64,000 nucleotides of DNA from Tubulanus polymorphus. Taxonomy: Eukaryota; Animalia; Nemertea. Numbering within the stretch: position 1 is the first letter of the stretch; every line of letters begins with the position of its first letter. Of the stretch, positions 14,054 to 24,016 are shown piece after piece. The DNA lies in contig NC_134028.1 in NCBI RefSeq assembly GCF_964204645.1, forward strand, positions 25,540,345 to 25,604,344. Direction: 5' to 3'. Below the pieces are notes generated by a model, which saw nothing but the letters and a program-made list of their open reading frames with translations, had not been told where the DNA came from and did no database searches. A program made the translations under genes and the position numbers.

Positions 14054-15301
14054 TCAATCGCACGAATTGAGACAATGTTTCACTGAAATATAGAAGAAAA
14101 TGAACCAATTCACACAAGGTTTATCTATAGGCCTTTTTATGAACCAGCAAAATCGAAATAGATTAGTTATTTAGATTATATAGCCGATTAGTGTCAATTA
14201 GCATAACCGGGTATGTTGGTTGATAAAAACGCCAGGTAGAAATTATTCAATTATGGCCTACTCAGCAGCGACTTCTACCGAGAACACCATATCGGTTGGA
14301 TTAGATAATCGGCATAATTGCTCGCCGAGCGAGTATGCTGAGTATGCTAATCGATTATGATAACCAATGTTCATAAAAATGACGGATTATGACATAATCC
14401 ATGCTCATAAAAACGTTTTGCATACTCGAATATACTAATCGAGTGTTCATAAAAAAGCCTTATATGTTCAAAGCCTAACGAGACAAAATCGCAAAGATTC
14501 AATTTAGGGGAACACGTATTATAATTTTGAACTTTTCCGAATTGGTTTCGTTTTCTAGAAGAGGATATTTTCTAAATTCCGTCCGAAGGTCTTTTCTGGG
14601 CTCCACCAGTTTTGCAAATTTCGAGTAAAAAATGTAGTTCATCTTCGACCACATTGCAACTTGTCTTTGCTCTTATGAGTACGGTATATCTGCAATGTTT
14701 GAGAAACTGATTTCTGGCCGAGCCCTAGAGAAGGCGATATCAGTTGAACTATAGAATACAGTGCACATTACTGTCACCTAAGTTTACCATAAACCTAGCC
14801 CATCACATATAAAGACATGCACTATTTTTGACTTCGGATTTAGGCCTATCTTAATCAGTCTCCAGCAGGGCCTAGGCTTGCTAATAATTAAAATCCCTCC
14901 GATGCCCAATAACAGTGGAAACGTCACATACTCCTACCAAACTGAACTCCATTCAGTATTACCAGACGATCTATAATACTAGGACTGCAACTTAGCCTTT
15001 TTTCACTATTTTGTGACAGTTGGCAGTCGAGTTGGGTTAGCAGGCGAGGAGTCTCAGGTTTATGGACATAACCATTAGGGGTTAAGTTAAAATGCAATTG
15101 CTCCATATAGTCAGGAAACTCGCGAACTGTCGTCAGCAGGCAAAAGCCAAGAGGACCGACTGGTGGAGGGAGAGACGTAGTCGTGTACTGTAAAAAGACT
15201 TTTTTGACAACTTCGATATCATCATCACAACTGCGCTGAATTCCCCTATCAAAATTATCCACTGATTCACATGAACAACATATCTTTTCCTTTATCTCCA
15301 T
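14054..15301 (-). CDS. Putative small protein (125 aa unspliced, 132 aa spliced) encoded in the WDFY3 5' leader
   Basis: ATG at 15301 opens 125 codons with protein-like composition (DDDIEVVKKVFLQYTTTSLPPPVGPLGFCLLTTVREFPDY). Donor A|GTATGT at 14932/14931 joined to acceptor TTTCAG| at 14083/14082 continues the frame as MKHCLNSCD to TGA at 14056-14054. Confidence 0.55.
14130..14459. mobile_element. MITE in the WDFY3 leader intron
   Basis: TIR GGCCTTTTTATGAAC / GTTCATAAAAAAGCC with internal sub-repeats. Confidence 0.6.
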
Positions 15302-15399
15302 TCAAGTACCTTAAATGTCTTGCATTAATGGAAATAGGGTGGCATATCGTTGAAAATTAGATATCTTATTAATATGTCAAATTTAGTCTGACAGAAAAT

Positions 15400-15440
15400 C
15401 GCCATCTTGGTCCTGTAATGTCCGGCGATAGAGGGCAGCA
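15400..15440 (-). promoter_or_regulatory. Likely WDFY3 core promoter region: YY1-type motif and an adjacent CTCF-like motif
   Basis: CAAGATGGCG on the minus strand at 15409-15400 is a YY1 consensus, typically found just downstream of housekeeping-gene TSSs. CGATAGAGGGCAGCA on the plus strand at 15426-15440 resembles the CTCF core. The region is locally GC/CpG-richer. Confidence 0.45.
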
Positions 15441-15912
15441 CGTCCTGGTTTTAGTGCGACCGGCACTTTCGATGAATATTCGGGATTCGACCCACTTTCA
15501 ACCGCGGGAACTGCCGTCGCGCGTTCTTGTAGACTGGATCATCGATCCCTACATCAAATAGGCTTTATCAATTTTTGCAATGCAAAATGATTCTTCTGTT
15601 TCTGCGTGATGTCCTAGTTTTCATGTATCGAATTTTTGCCTGAAGGATAAACAAATATTTTTGTACCGGGTATTTGATTAATTGATTTATTACTGAACTA
15701 TATCCTGGAACGGACACAAACATTAGATACATGAATGAATAGAGCCACCGATGATACCCGGAAAAAGTTATTGTCAAACTTTTCAGGTTCAAAATAAAAC
15801 TATTCAGTAAAACAGGATTTCATATTCTAAAAACATGCACGACCTGCTTCGAATCATATTATGCATCACTTTGTCAGTTGAAGCGGTCATACTCTGATAG
15901 CGACGCGGCAAG

Positions 15913-17103
15913 ATGACAGAAAATCAGACACAATTCGGTGAAAATACCACCCCTTATTCGACTATTTTGCCGACAGACGTCAATCCGTACGAGGAACCGG
16001 GTTTTTGGAGTAATTTCTTAACGAATGGTTCGTGTCTCTGTACACCGGGCGGACGCGTTTTCATACTGATGATGTTACCCGTTAATTTCCTCGTTGGAGT
16101 TACTGGGAACATTCTGGCGATAATAGTACTGATTCGGACGGCGAAACTGAGGCAATGTGGATATTCAAGTATATTGTTGGTGTTAGCTGTGTCAGATACA
16201 TTCGCTTTAGTAACTCGGATACCGATTTGGCTGAATTTCATCGCTGAAGACCAAGGAGTTGGGCCTATAGTCGTTTTGGACAATACCGCGAAATGTGTAT
16301 TTGTAGAACTGTTCACGATAGGTTCGTTTACGGGTGTTTGGCTTGTAACTCTTATATCTGTTGAACGTTTTCTTGTCGTTTGTTTTCCGAATCAAGCGCA
16401 ACGGATTTGTACACCGAAAAGAATGATGCAGGCGGCATTGGTTTTGACTTTGATTATGACGATAATCGCCATACTTTTTGTATATCAAGTTCATTACGAA
16501 CCGGAAGCTGGTGCGTGTCGAATGCAGCTTTCCGCGCGCAATTGGTATTTTTTCGGCGCCGGGGTCATCATCGGTCCTTTTCCGCTGGCGTTCATTTGCA
16601 TTTTCAACTGTTACATCCTGTTTCGCCTGAAATCGGACAGTTATCTGGCGCCGACATCGAGACAGATGCGGAAGTTGCGCAGAAGTCGCACGAGTCGCGC
16701 CACTATGATGCTGATGGCCGTCACGTTTGCGTGCGCACTTCTTACACTTCCGCATTGCTCGATTCTGATCATTCACGCTTGTAAACATTTCAATCTATTT
16801 GTAAACGTAAATACCAACAAAATCACTTTTGTCGTGCGCACAATTTACGATATCAATTACGTGGTGAATTTCTTCCTGTATTGTTTGGCGAGCGTCGATT
16901 TTCGGTTGGCATTTTTGAACATGGTCTGGAGACCGTTGTTGAAATTGCGCCCGGAAAAAAGCGTCGATACATACGAAACGCCTGATAGTAGCACATCGGG
17001 TCATCAGTCAAATTGCATGCTGGCAAAACCTGAATCATCGAAGAGAGCGACGAGTTTTGGCGATAGTCTTCTGAAGAAGAAGAATAAATTAACATCTATT
17101 TAA
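15913..17103 (+). CDS. Intronless class A (rhodopsin-like) 7TM peptide GPCR, FMRFamide/sex-peptide-receptor-like expanded family, copy 1 (396 aa)
   Basis: Seven hydrophobic segments; GN in TM1, LAVSD in TM2, SVERF (DRY variant) after TM3, TLP in TM6, NFFLY (NPxxY variant) in TM7; N-glycosylation sequons in the N-terminus; Ser/Thr-rich C-tail. Confidence 0.93.
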   Translation: MTENQTQFGENTTPYSTILPTDVNPYEEPGFWSNFLTNGSCLCTPGGRVFILMMLPVNFLVGVTGNILAIIVLIRTAKLRQCGYSSILLVLAVSDTFALVTRIPIWLNFIAEDQGVGPIVVLDNTAKCVFVELFTIGSFTGVWLVTLISVERFLVVCFPNQAQRICTPKRMMQAALVLTLIMTIIAILFVYQVHYEPEAGACRMQLSARNWYFFGAGVIIGPFPLAFICIFNCYILFRLKSDSYLAPTSRQMRKLRRSRTSRATMMLMAVTFACALLTLPHCSILIIHACKHFNLFVNVNTNKITFVVRTIYDINYVVNFFLYCLASVDFRLAFLNMVWRPLLKLRPEKSVDTYETPDSSTSGHQSNCMLAKPESSKRATSFGDSLLKKKNKLTSI

Positions 17104-17469
17104 AGACATTTGCTGGTAAAATCTATAAAATGTGTTTTTTTCTAATGAAATAGATGGAACAGATATTCACTAAACACAACAATATATATAAACTTATAAG
17201 TTAACCAGGATGTAAACTTCTTTTATATATGAATAAATAGATAACAAATAACTGTATGTATAACGTGTTTTTGTTTTGTGTTTGAATTCCCGCGGAATTT
17301 TTTCACAAATTACCGGTAGATGCCGTGATTTTTAAGAGCGCCTAGCTATATCATATTTAAAGAAAACTTTTGATGTTTGTGATTTATCCTGCATTTGGTT
17401 GCAGCAATTTATGACAAACAGTAAATTTTTTCCTATACGAATTAAACAGATTTTCCGTGACTAGCATCT

Positions 17470-18020
17470 TCAAGAAACCGTGGCTGCCATAAATACTAAT
17501 CCCATTGCACTATATTGTAGACAATATAAAAATGATGTCAGGTTAGAGAAGTATATAATAGAACTTGCTGATGACTTAGTAACTAGTTTATTTGAATTTA
17601 GGGTTGGGTCCTACATTTTACCTGTGGACAAATTTCCAAACCTTCATTTAGACCATTTAGTCAGAGCTGAAAGAATATGCCCTGCTTGTAATATTTCAGG
17701 TGATGAATCCCACTTTTGTTTGACTGTATCTTACTTGATGAACCCAGCAAAAACTATTTGAATTTGAATACCTTAATACCGTTGATATTTTGAAAACCCA
17801 ACGATCCAATTGGCTAAATGCATTAAAACCGGCTTAGACGTATATAGATCCCTCCAATAGTAAATAGTTAATTTATGAATATTTTGTTACGTTTTTATTC
17901 TTAAATTGTTATCACTTTAGTGTAGTTTTGTAAATAGTTGTTTATACATGTTTAATATTTTTCCGCAATATACCATGGAAATGGTTGGATTGTAAGTAAA
18001 ATCGTTATCGTAATCGTAAT
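17470..18020 (+). mobile_element. 5'-truncated non-LTR retrotransposon (LINE) 3' end
   Basis: ORF 17480-17761 (YK..RLEKYI..L..FRVG...LP....R.ERICPACN..GDE.HF) resembles the C-terminal CCHC region of LINE ORF2. It is followed by an AT-rich UTR and a short (ATCGTA)-like repeat tail at ~18001-18020. Confidence 0.65.
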
Positions 18021-18140
18021 GTTAGACATTCACTAAAACCGGCTTAGATGAATACACATCCCTCTCATAGTTATTGAAGGTTGAATCCAAGACCATGTCT
18101 ATCCTACTTTTATGATTAAAGATTTCTTTTTTATTTAGTA

Positions 18141-18213
18141 GCCACGTGAGAACAATAGGTGGAAGTGGACCGATGATGTCCCCGGCGCCGAAAAGGTACC
18201 AATCGCTCCGCAT
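18141..18213 (-). pseudogene. Inverted fragment of a third GPCR paralog (TM5 region)
   Basis: The minus-strand translation MRSDWYLFGAGDIIGPLPPIVLTW aligns with ARNWYFFGAGVIIGPFPLAFICI of the flanking GPCRs. Confidence 0.7.
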
Positions 18214-18460
18214 TCCTGGGTTTTCTTCAAGCCATCTTGTGTCCATAACTTTTCGACGACCTTTGCTCATTATGCGCGATATTCTTGCGTGGCACTAAAC
18301 GGAATATTCTTTGTTTTGGCGCGATCAAAACGAAATTTCAGATGTTTGACGTTTTTCGTCGTTTTGGCGGGGTCGCCAACAAGGAATTCCGTTTCAGAGA
18401 AAATTTGACGTTTTTTTCGGTTTAGCTTTATGGCGTTCTGGTGCCCTCATTTGAATACCT

Positions 18461-18621
18461 GGGCCCGGTTTCACAGACTGAGTATCAAAGTTATCATTAG
18501 GGGTAAATCCTCAGTTTGGGTGAAAACCATCATAGTAACAATGAGAAACCATGGTTATAACTGACAAATTCTAAAATGTTCCCAGGGACTATTTTTCTCC
18601 CACATCTATGAAACCCAGCCC
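18461..18621. mobile_element. MITE (GGGCCCGGTTTCA TIR); related copy at ~4605-4750
   Basis: TIR GGGCCCGGTTTCACAGA / TCTATGAAACCCAGCCC; the core CATAGTAACAATGAGAAA..ATAACTGACAAATT..AAAATGTTCCC is shared with 4659-4711. Confidence 0.7.
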
Positions 18622-19176
18622 TGGAATTCTACGATATGGCCCTTATCAGCCACCTTAGTATGCTGAGTGTTTCATAATAACACGCGACCCTCAGATAGAT
18701 AATGGCCCATACCTTCGGTTGAAGACAAAATATATCCTTTTATCGGGAAAACTTTTGAATTACATCTGAATAATTGCAAAAATTAAGAGTATCAGATCAT
18801 CTGTTAAATAACAACTGTGAAAATCTGTTACTGAGTGCGGTGGAAATTTGTGGAAATCGTAATGGTGGACAGTATGCGCTCGATAGTAAAAGATAATCAA
18901 TTGATCCTACTGGATCCAGGGTCCTTTATTATCCATCAAATTTCTATCTGAAGGATAAATAGATATATAATTTTGTACCGGGTTTTTTTATAAGTCATTT
19001 ATCACCTAGAACAGCGAAAAGACGCAAACATGAGATCAATAGCCGCCGATAACACCAGGAAAAAGTTATTTTTTAAACGATCCATCCAGAATTAGACTTT
19101 GCACGACCGGCTCCGAGTCGTATTGTGTGGATCAATGTCAGTTGAAGCAGTCATACTCTGATAACGACGCGGCAAG

Positions 19177-20262
19177 ATGACAGAAAATCAAACTGCCGGT
19201 GAAATGACTACCCTTCTTCCAACTGTTTTACCAAAAGATTCCAACAAGGAACCGGGTTATTGGAGTTATTTCCTAACGAATGGTTACGACGTGTGCACAC
19301 CGGGCGGACGCGTTTTTATACTGATGATGTTGCCCGTTAATTTCCTCGTTGGAGTTACTGGGAACATTCTGGCGATAATAGTACTGATTCGGACGGCGAA
19401 ACTGAGGCATTGTGGATATTCAAGTATCTTATTGGTGTTAGCTGTGTCAGATACATTCGCTTTAGTAACTCGGATACCGATTTGGCTGAATTTCATCGCT
19501 GAAGACCAAGGAGTTGGGCCTATAGTCGTTTTGGACAATACCGCGAAATGTGTATTTGTAGAACTGTTCACGATAGGTTCGTTTACGGGTGTTTGGCTTG
19601 TAACTCTGATATCTGTTGAACGTTTTCTTGTCGTTTGTTTTCCGAATCAAGCGCAACGGATTTGTACACCAAAAAGAATGATGCAGGCGGCATTGGTTTT
19701 GACTTTGATTATGACAATAATCACCATACTTTTTGTATATCAAGTTCATTACGAACCGGAAGCTGGTGCGTGTCGAATGCAGCTTTCCGCGTGCAATTGG
19801 TATTTTTTCGGCGCCGGGGTCATCATCGGTCCTTTTCCGCTGGCGTTCATTTGCATTTTCAACTGTTACATCCTGTTTCGCCTGAAATCGGACAGTTATC
19901 TGGCGCCGACATCGAGACAGATGCGGAAGTTGCGCAGAAGTCGCACGAGTCGCGCCACTATGATGCTGATGGCCGTCACGTTTGCGTGCGCACTTCTTAC
20001 ACTTCCGCATTGCTCGATTCTGATCATTCACGCTTGTAAACATTTCAATCTATTTGTAAACGTAAATACCAACAAAATCACTTTTGTCGTGCGCACAATT
20101 TACGATATCAATTACGTGGTGAATTTCTTCCTCTATTGTTTGGCGAGCGCCGATTTTCGGTTGGCATTTTTGAACATGGTCTGGAAACCGTTGTTGAAAT
20201 TGCGCCCGGAAAAAAGCGTCGATACATACGAAACGCCTGATAACATCGGGTCATCAGTCTAA
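19177..20262 (+). CDS. Intronless class A peptide GPCR, tandem copy 2 (361 aa, C-tail shortened by a frameshift)
   Basis: Near-identical to copy 1 from CTPGGRVF onward. A 5-bp deletion relative to copy 1 (GTAGC, 16988-16992) at ~20242 gives an early TAA. Confidence 0.9.
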   Translation: MTENQTAGEMTTLLPTVLPKDSNKEPGYWSYFLTNGYDVCTPGGRVFILMMLPVNFLVGVTGNILAIIVLIRTAKLRHCGYSSILLVLAVSDTFALVTRIPIWLNFIAEDQGVGPIVVLDNTAKCVFVELFTIGSFTGVWLVTLISVERFLVVCFPNQAQRICTPKRMMQAALVLTLIMTIITILFVYQVHYEPEAGACRMQLSACNWYFFGAGVIIGPFPLAFICIFNCYILFRLKSDSYLAPTSRQMRKLRRSRTSRATMMLMAVTFACALLTLPHCSILIIHACKHFNLFVNVNTNKITFVVRTIYDINYVVNFFLYCLASADFRLAFLNMVWKPLLKLRPEKSVDTYETPDNIGSSV

Positions 20263-20784
20263 TTGCATGCTGGCAAAACCTGAATCATCGAAGAGAGCGA
20301 CGAGTTTTGGCGATAGTCTTCTGAAGAAGAAGAATATTAACATTAAAGACATTTGCTGGTAAAATCTATGAAATGTGTTTTTTTCTAATGAAACAGAAGG
20401 AACAGATATTCACTAAACACAACAATATATATAAACTTATAAGTTAACCAGGATGTAAGCTTCTTTTATATATGAATAAATAGATAACAAATAATTGTAT
20501 AAAAAACGTGTTTCTGTTTTGTGTGTGTGTTTGAACTCCCGCGGATTAGTTTTACGAATTACCGGTAGATGCCGCGACTGTATATTTGTATTCTTTTGTA
20601 AATATTTATAAACCAAATTATTTTTCCCTCCACATACCGCGGAAATGGCAAGAGAGTAATAAAATAATCTTTATCTTATCTTGTAAACGCTGTAAATTTT
20701 CATCCGTGTATATACCATGGACATGTTTGGAGTGTAAATAGATTTATTCTATTAAATCATATCCTATTCACCCAGAAACTACGT

Positions 20785-20865
20785 ATCAGTGATAGGTGAC
20801 GGGTTCGAGTCCTGTCGGCTGCTTACAGGGTCACATCTCAAAGGCTGTGGTCCCGTCGCGAGGTT
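20785..20865 (+). mobile_element. tRNA-derived SINE-like remnant
   Basis: Pol III B-box GGTTCGAGTCC at 20802-20812 with no full cloverleaf; lies next to LINE-tail-like motifs. Confidence 0.4.
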
Positions 20866-22367
20866 AAATGAATGATTCATTAGGTTCAGTCTTGTGAACC
20901 AAACGACGTAAAGCAAAAACAAACAAAAATGTACTATGGAATTGGTGTAGGAGACCTATCTGTGACGTCATCCTATAGTTTAACTGGGCAGACGGTCGAT
21001 TTTTTTTATGCGTCAGCAATTTTTGATTAACTAATGAAACGTGAAAATGAATTAAACCCGTGATTGAGGATGACAGCATCATTCTGACGATATTTAACAT
21101 GTAACTGCTCGTTTTACTCTCTTCTCCAATACGACAGGACATAATACAAGCCCGCTTTAACAAACAACAAATAGCTACTGGATATATTCGGGAATATGAA
21201 TCTATTTAATATTCGTGATCACACAGACACACACACGCATAGAGCCGTTGAAGCCTGATCGTCTATTTCCGACAACGCGGAACTACTCCTTATTACTCCC
21301 CCACACAATCTACCGACCGTGTCGGCATCTCTTGTTACACGGCGTAGTTAGTACTAGAACTGACTGCCCACGCGTTGATGCTATTCATTCTGGATCAATT
21401 TATGCCAAAATGAAATTCACGCAATTAGTGCTTACGCGTAAAATCCCCGCTTCAATCCGTATCCGGTATTGATTGAAATCGGCTTACTATACGAGTGGGT
21501 CACGTGATCACGTTGCCATTAAATTCGTATTATGTTTGTAAATGTGAAGCTTAATAAATGATTTATTCAATGTTCATCTTCTTCTAGGGCGATTGTTAAT
21601 TAGTTTTAATCAAACGTGTAGGTATTTTCGTGTATAGCTGGATAAAACTGCTTAATACTTTTGTAGGCCTACGTATTTTACTCGTATGTGTAGATGATGT
21701 TCATATCATTTTACAGTTTATGAAGAAGTAAACATAGGCCTACTTACAACATCAAATATGTACATTGATTCACGTATTAATAAGACGACATATCGTGACA
21801 GCAAATTATTTTGTTACAAAATATTATGATAGGCTCGGCTGTCATTGGAATATCGCTCAAGCCGCGTGGTCGCTTTCTTGATTACAGAGCAGTGGGATTT
21901 CTATATTGTTTGCTAACACGTCAACAAGATGGCCTTGGTTACTGAGCCGACTATAAGTGTCTCCGAGAATGATATTTCCTCGTTTACAAACTATTTTCAG
22001 GCGTAATATTCGACCTAGCTTGACTTGGTGCATGAACGTGTCATGCACCAAGTCAAAACCCGAATATGTTCGACATAAAATCATTAAAAAGAAAAATATC
22101 GATCCTTGTGAATTTCAGCGAGATAAACGCCAACAAAAATGATAGGGAATCAATTCCATTTGACAGTTAGTCGTTGGTCACATTTCTCTTTATAGGCAGT
22201 TATATGGATCGTCTCCTTGCGTGTTACTAAATTTAGTAGCGGCTATTAACCGCTGAAGCTATATTTAGACGCAAGCAGCCGCCTTGGGAATAATGGTTTC
22301 TAGCTATTCGAGCAAATCTCCGCGGCTAGAAAAAAGTTGTTGTTGGTAAGAACTGAACGGTTTCACC

Positions 22368-22712
22368 CACGTGCTGGGAATCTTACCGACTCGTAGATAA
22401 AAGCCATCAACCGACTGAATATTTCATATTCGAAATGCAGCGAATGACTTCCGCTGACGTCATAACTGGCGAAACGCTCGATAGTGGAAACGGGTGTCAA
22501 TCATTGCTATAACGCGTTAGCTGAAGATGTTTATTCAAGATTCATCGATTGCATGATGGAGTTTGCGCGCAGAGGACATAATATTGGATAAGGGAATCAT
22601 CGAATGACGTCATCACCGCGATGCTCGAACGGCGTGCTGGGAAAATTAACCGATAAGTGACGTCACGGCCGAGAGACAAGATCGACAAGGATGAAATGAA
22701 GAAACACGTGGG
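22368..22712. promoter_or_regulatory. CRE cluster (putative enhancer) upstream of Tob
   Basis: Three perfect TGACGTCA at 22455, 22605 and 22658; repeated CGTGCTGGGAA at 22370 and 22633; CACGTG E-boxes at ~22368 and ~22705. Confidence 0.6.
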
Positions 22713-23548
22713 CCGAGAATCGATTCAAAAAGATCTATTACGAGCTGTAAATGTCACCAAGTCTAAAATTAAACATCCACAAATAAAGTTAATCTTTTAA
22801 AGCTGTCTGATTTTTTTCAGAATTTATCGGTTACTGCGCAGCGGGTTTCCGATATACCAGCAGATTTACAGCATATATAACGGAAATTATTTTAGTAGTC
22901 GAATAAAGTACTTTAATCCGAGTGAACTGTAGATAAAGTGGAACTACCATTCCACCTGATGATGGCTGACGTATAAAACAGACGAAGTGCTGTGATTTCA
23001 TTTTGATAAATTCTATCGTATGAAATTCGAATTGTGAGACTTCACTTACTTGTAAAAAATTCATGAATTTTGAAAAATGAAAAGGAAGAACTTGCTGAGT
23101 TTAACTTCCGTCGACATAAAATGGACCAAGGAAAAAAATCAAATTGATATCGACCACATACACATTACACATGTTCGTATTCAATTGGAGAGTAAATTTC
23201 CACGATTCATAAACATATTTAACAGAATTAATAAATTGATTTAAATTTACACTCCTTTGATATTTTATACCGAAGGTTATCTATCGGTAACTACGCGGGG
23301 CGGTTAATAGCGATAACGACTCGTTAGAGAGAATGTAGTAAAAGCCGCCCACGCAACGATTCCCCTCTTCTCACTCCCGACATTCATTCATAAAACCATC
23401 GAGAATTGGACGTATACTGTTGTTTTGTTACGGTTCCGCGATCAATATGCAAGTGACGCAAGCAACGACCTAGAATCGTGCTGCTGCAAATAGGCTATAT
23501 CGGCAGCTGTTGCAGTTGTAAACATCGTTCAAGGGCTGTTACACCCGA

Positions 23549-24016
23549 CCAATCAGACGTCGGTATTTCACGAGAAATAATTCATCAATGAACTGCATCA
23601 CCGCCAAGTGATTACCAACTCGCAGAAATAGTGCCGCTTGTTTTTTGATGACCACACGTTCCTTCCCTGTCCGGTGAAGAAATCACATCGAATATAGCCA
23701 TTCCGCGTCGTTCGGCATTTACGCGGCTTCCATTTGAAATAGCGCATTAATCGAATTATGCGAGTCGGCGAAAATTTGCGCACGCGCACTAAGCGTTGTG
23801 TATCGAGCGCAAGTAGCTGATAAAAGCTCATGTCAGGAGCTGCGCTTCACGAACACAAGCATTAAACTCGACCAGATAAGCTGGAATACACGTACACCGC
23901 CAACCAACACTCAAAACAGAGGAGATTTCTAATATATTTTTCTAATCGAATAGTTTTGTAATTTTATAAACACAGAAACGAACTCCGCACACATCAACAG
24001 TCGAGATATTTCGAAG
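23549..24016 (+). promoter_or_regulatory. Putative Tob promoter and non-coding exon 1
   Basis: CCAAT at 23549 and TATA-like GATAAAAG at 23819. An ATG-free leader ends at a strong donor AAG|GTGAGT (24016/24017). A matching acceptor with a pyrimidine tract, TTTCAG|, is at 27883/27884, upstream of the Tob ATG. Confidence 0.55.

Noticed and set aside
14054-14056. Selenocysteine decoding of the in-frame TGA before WDFY3
   Set aside because: No SECIS can be assessed (the 3' UTR is outside the window) and there is no redox-motif context; there is no positive evidence.
16207-16788. 193-aa antisense ORF, and its twin at 19462-20043
   Set aside because: It is the shadow frame of the GPCR coding sequence; its conservation simply reflects the duplication.
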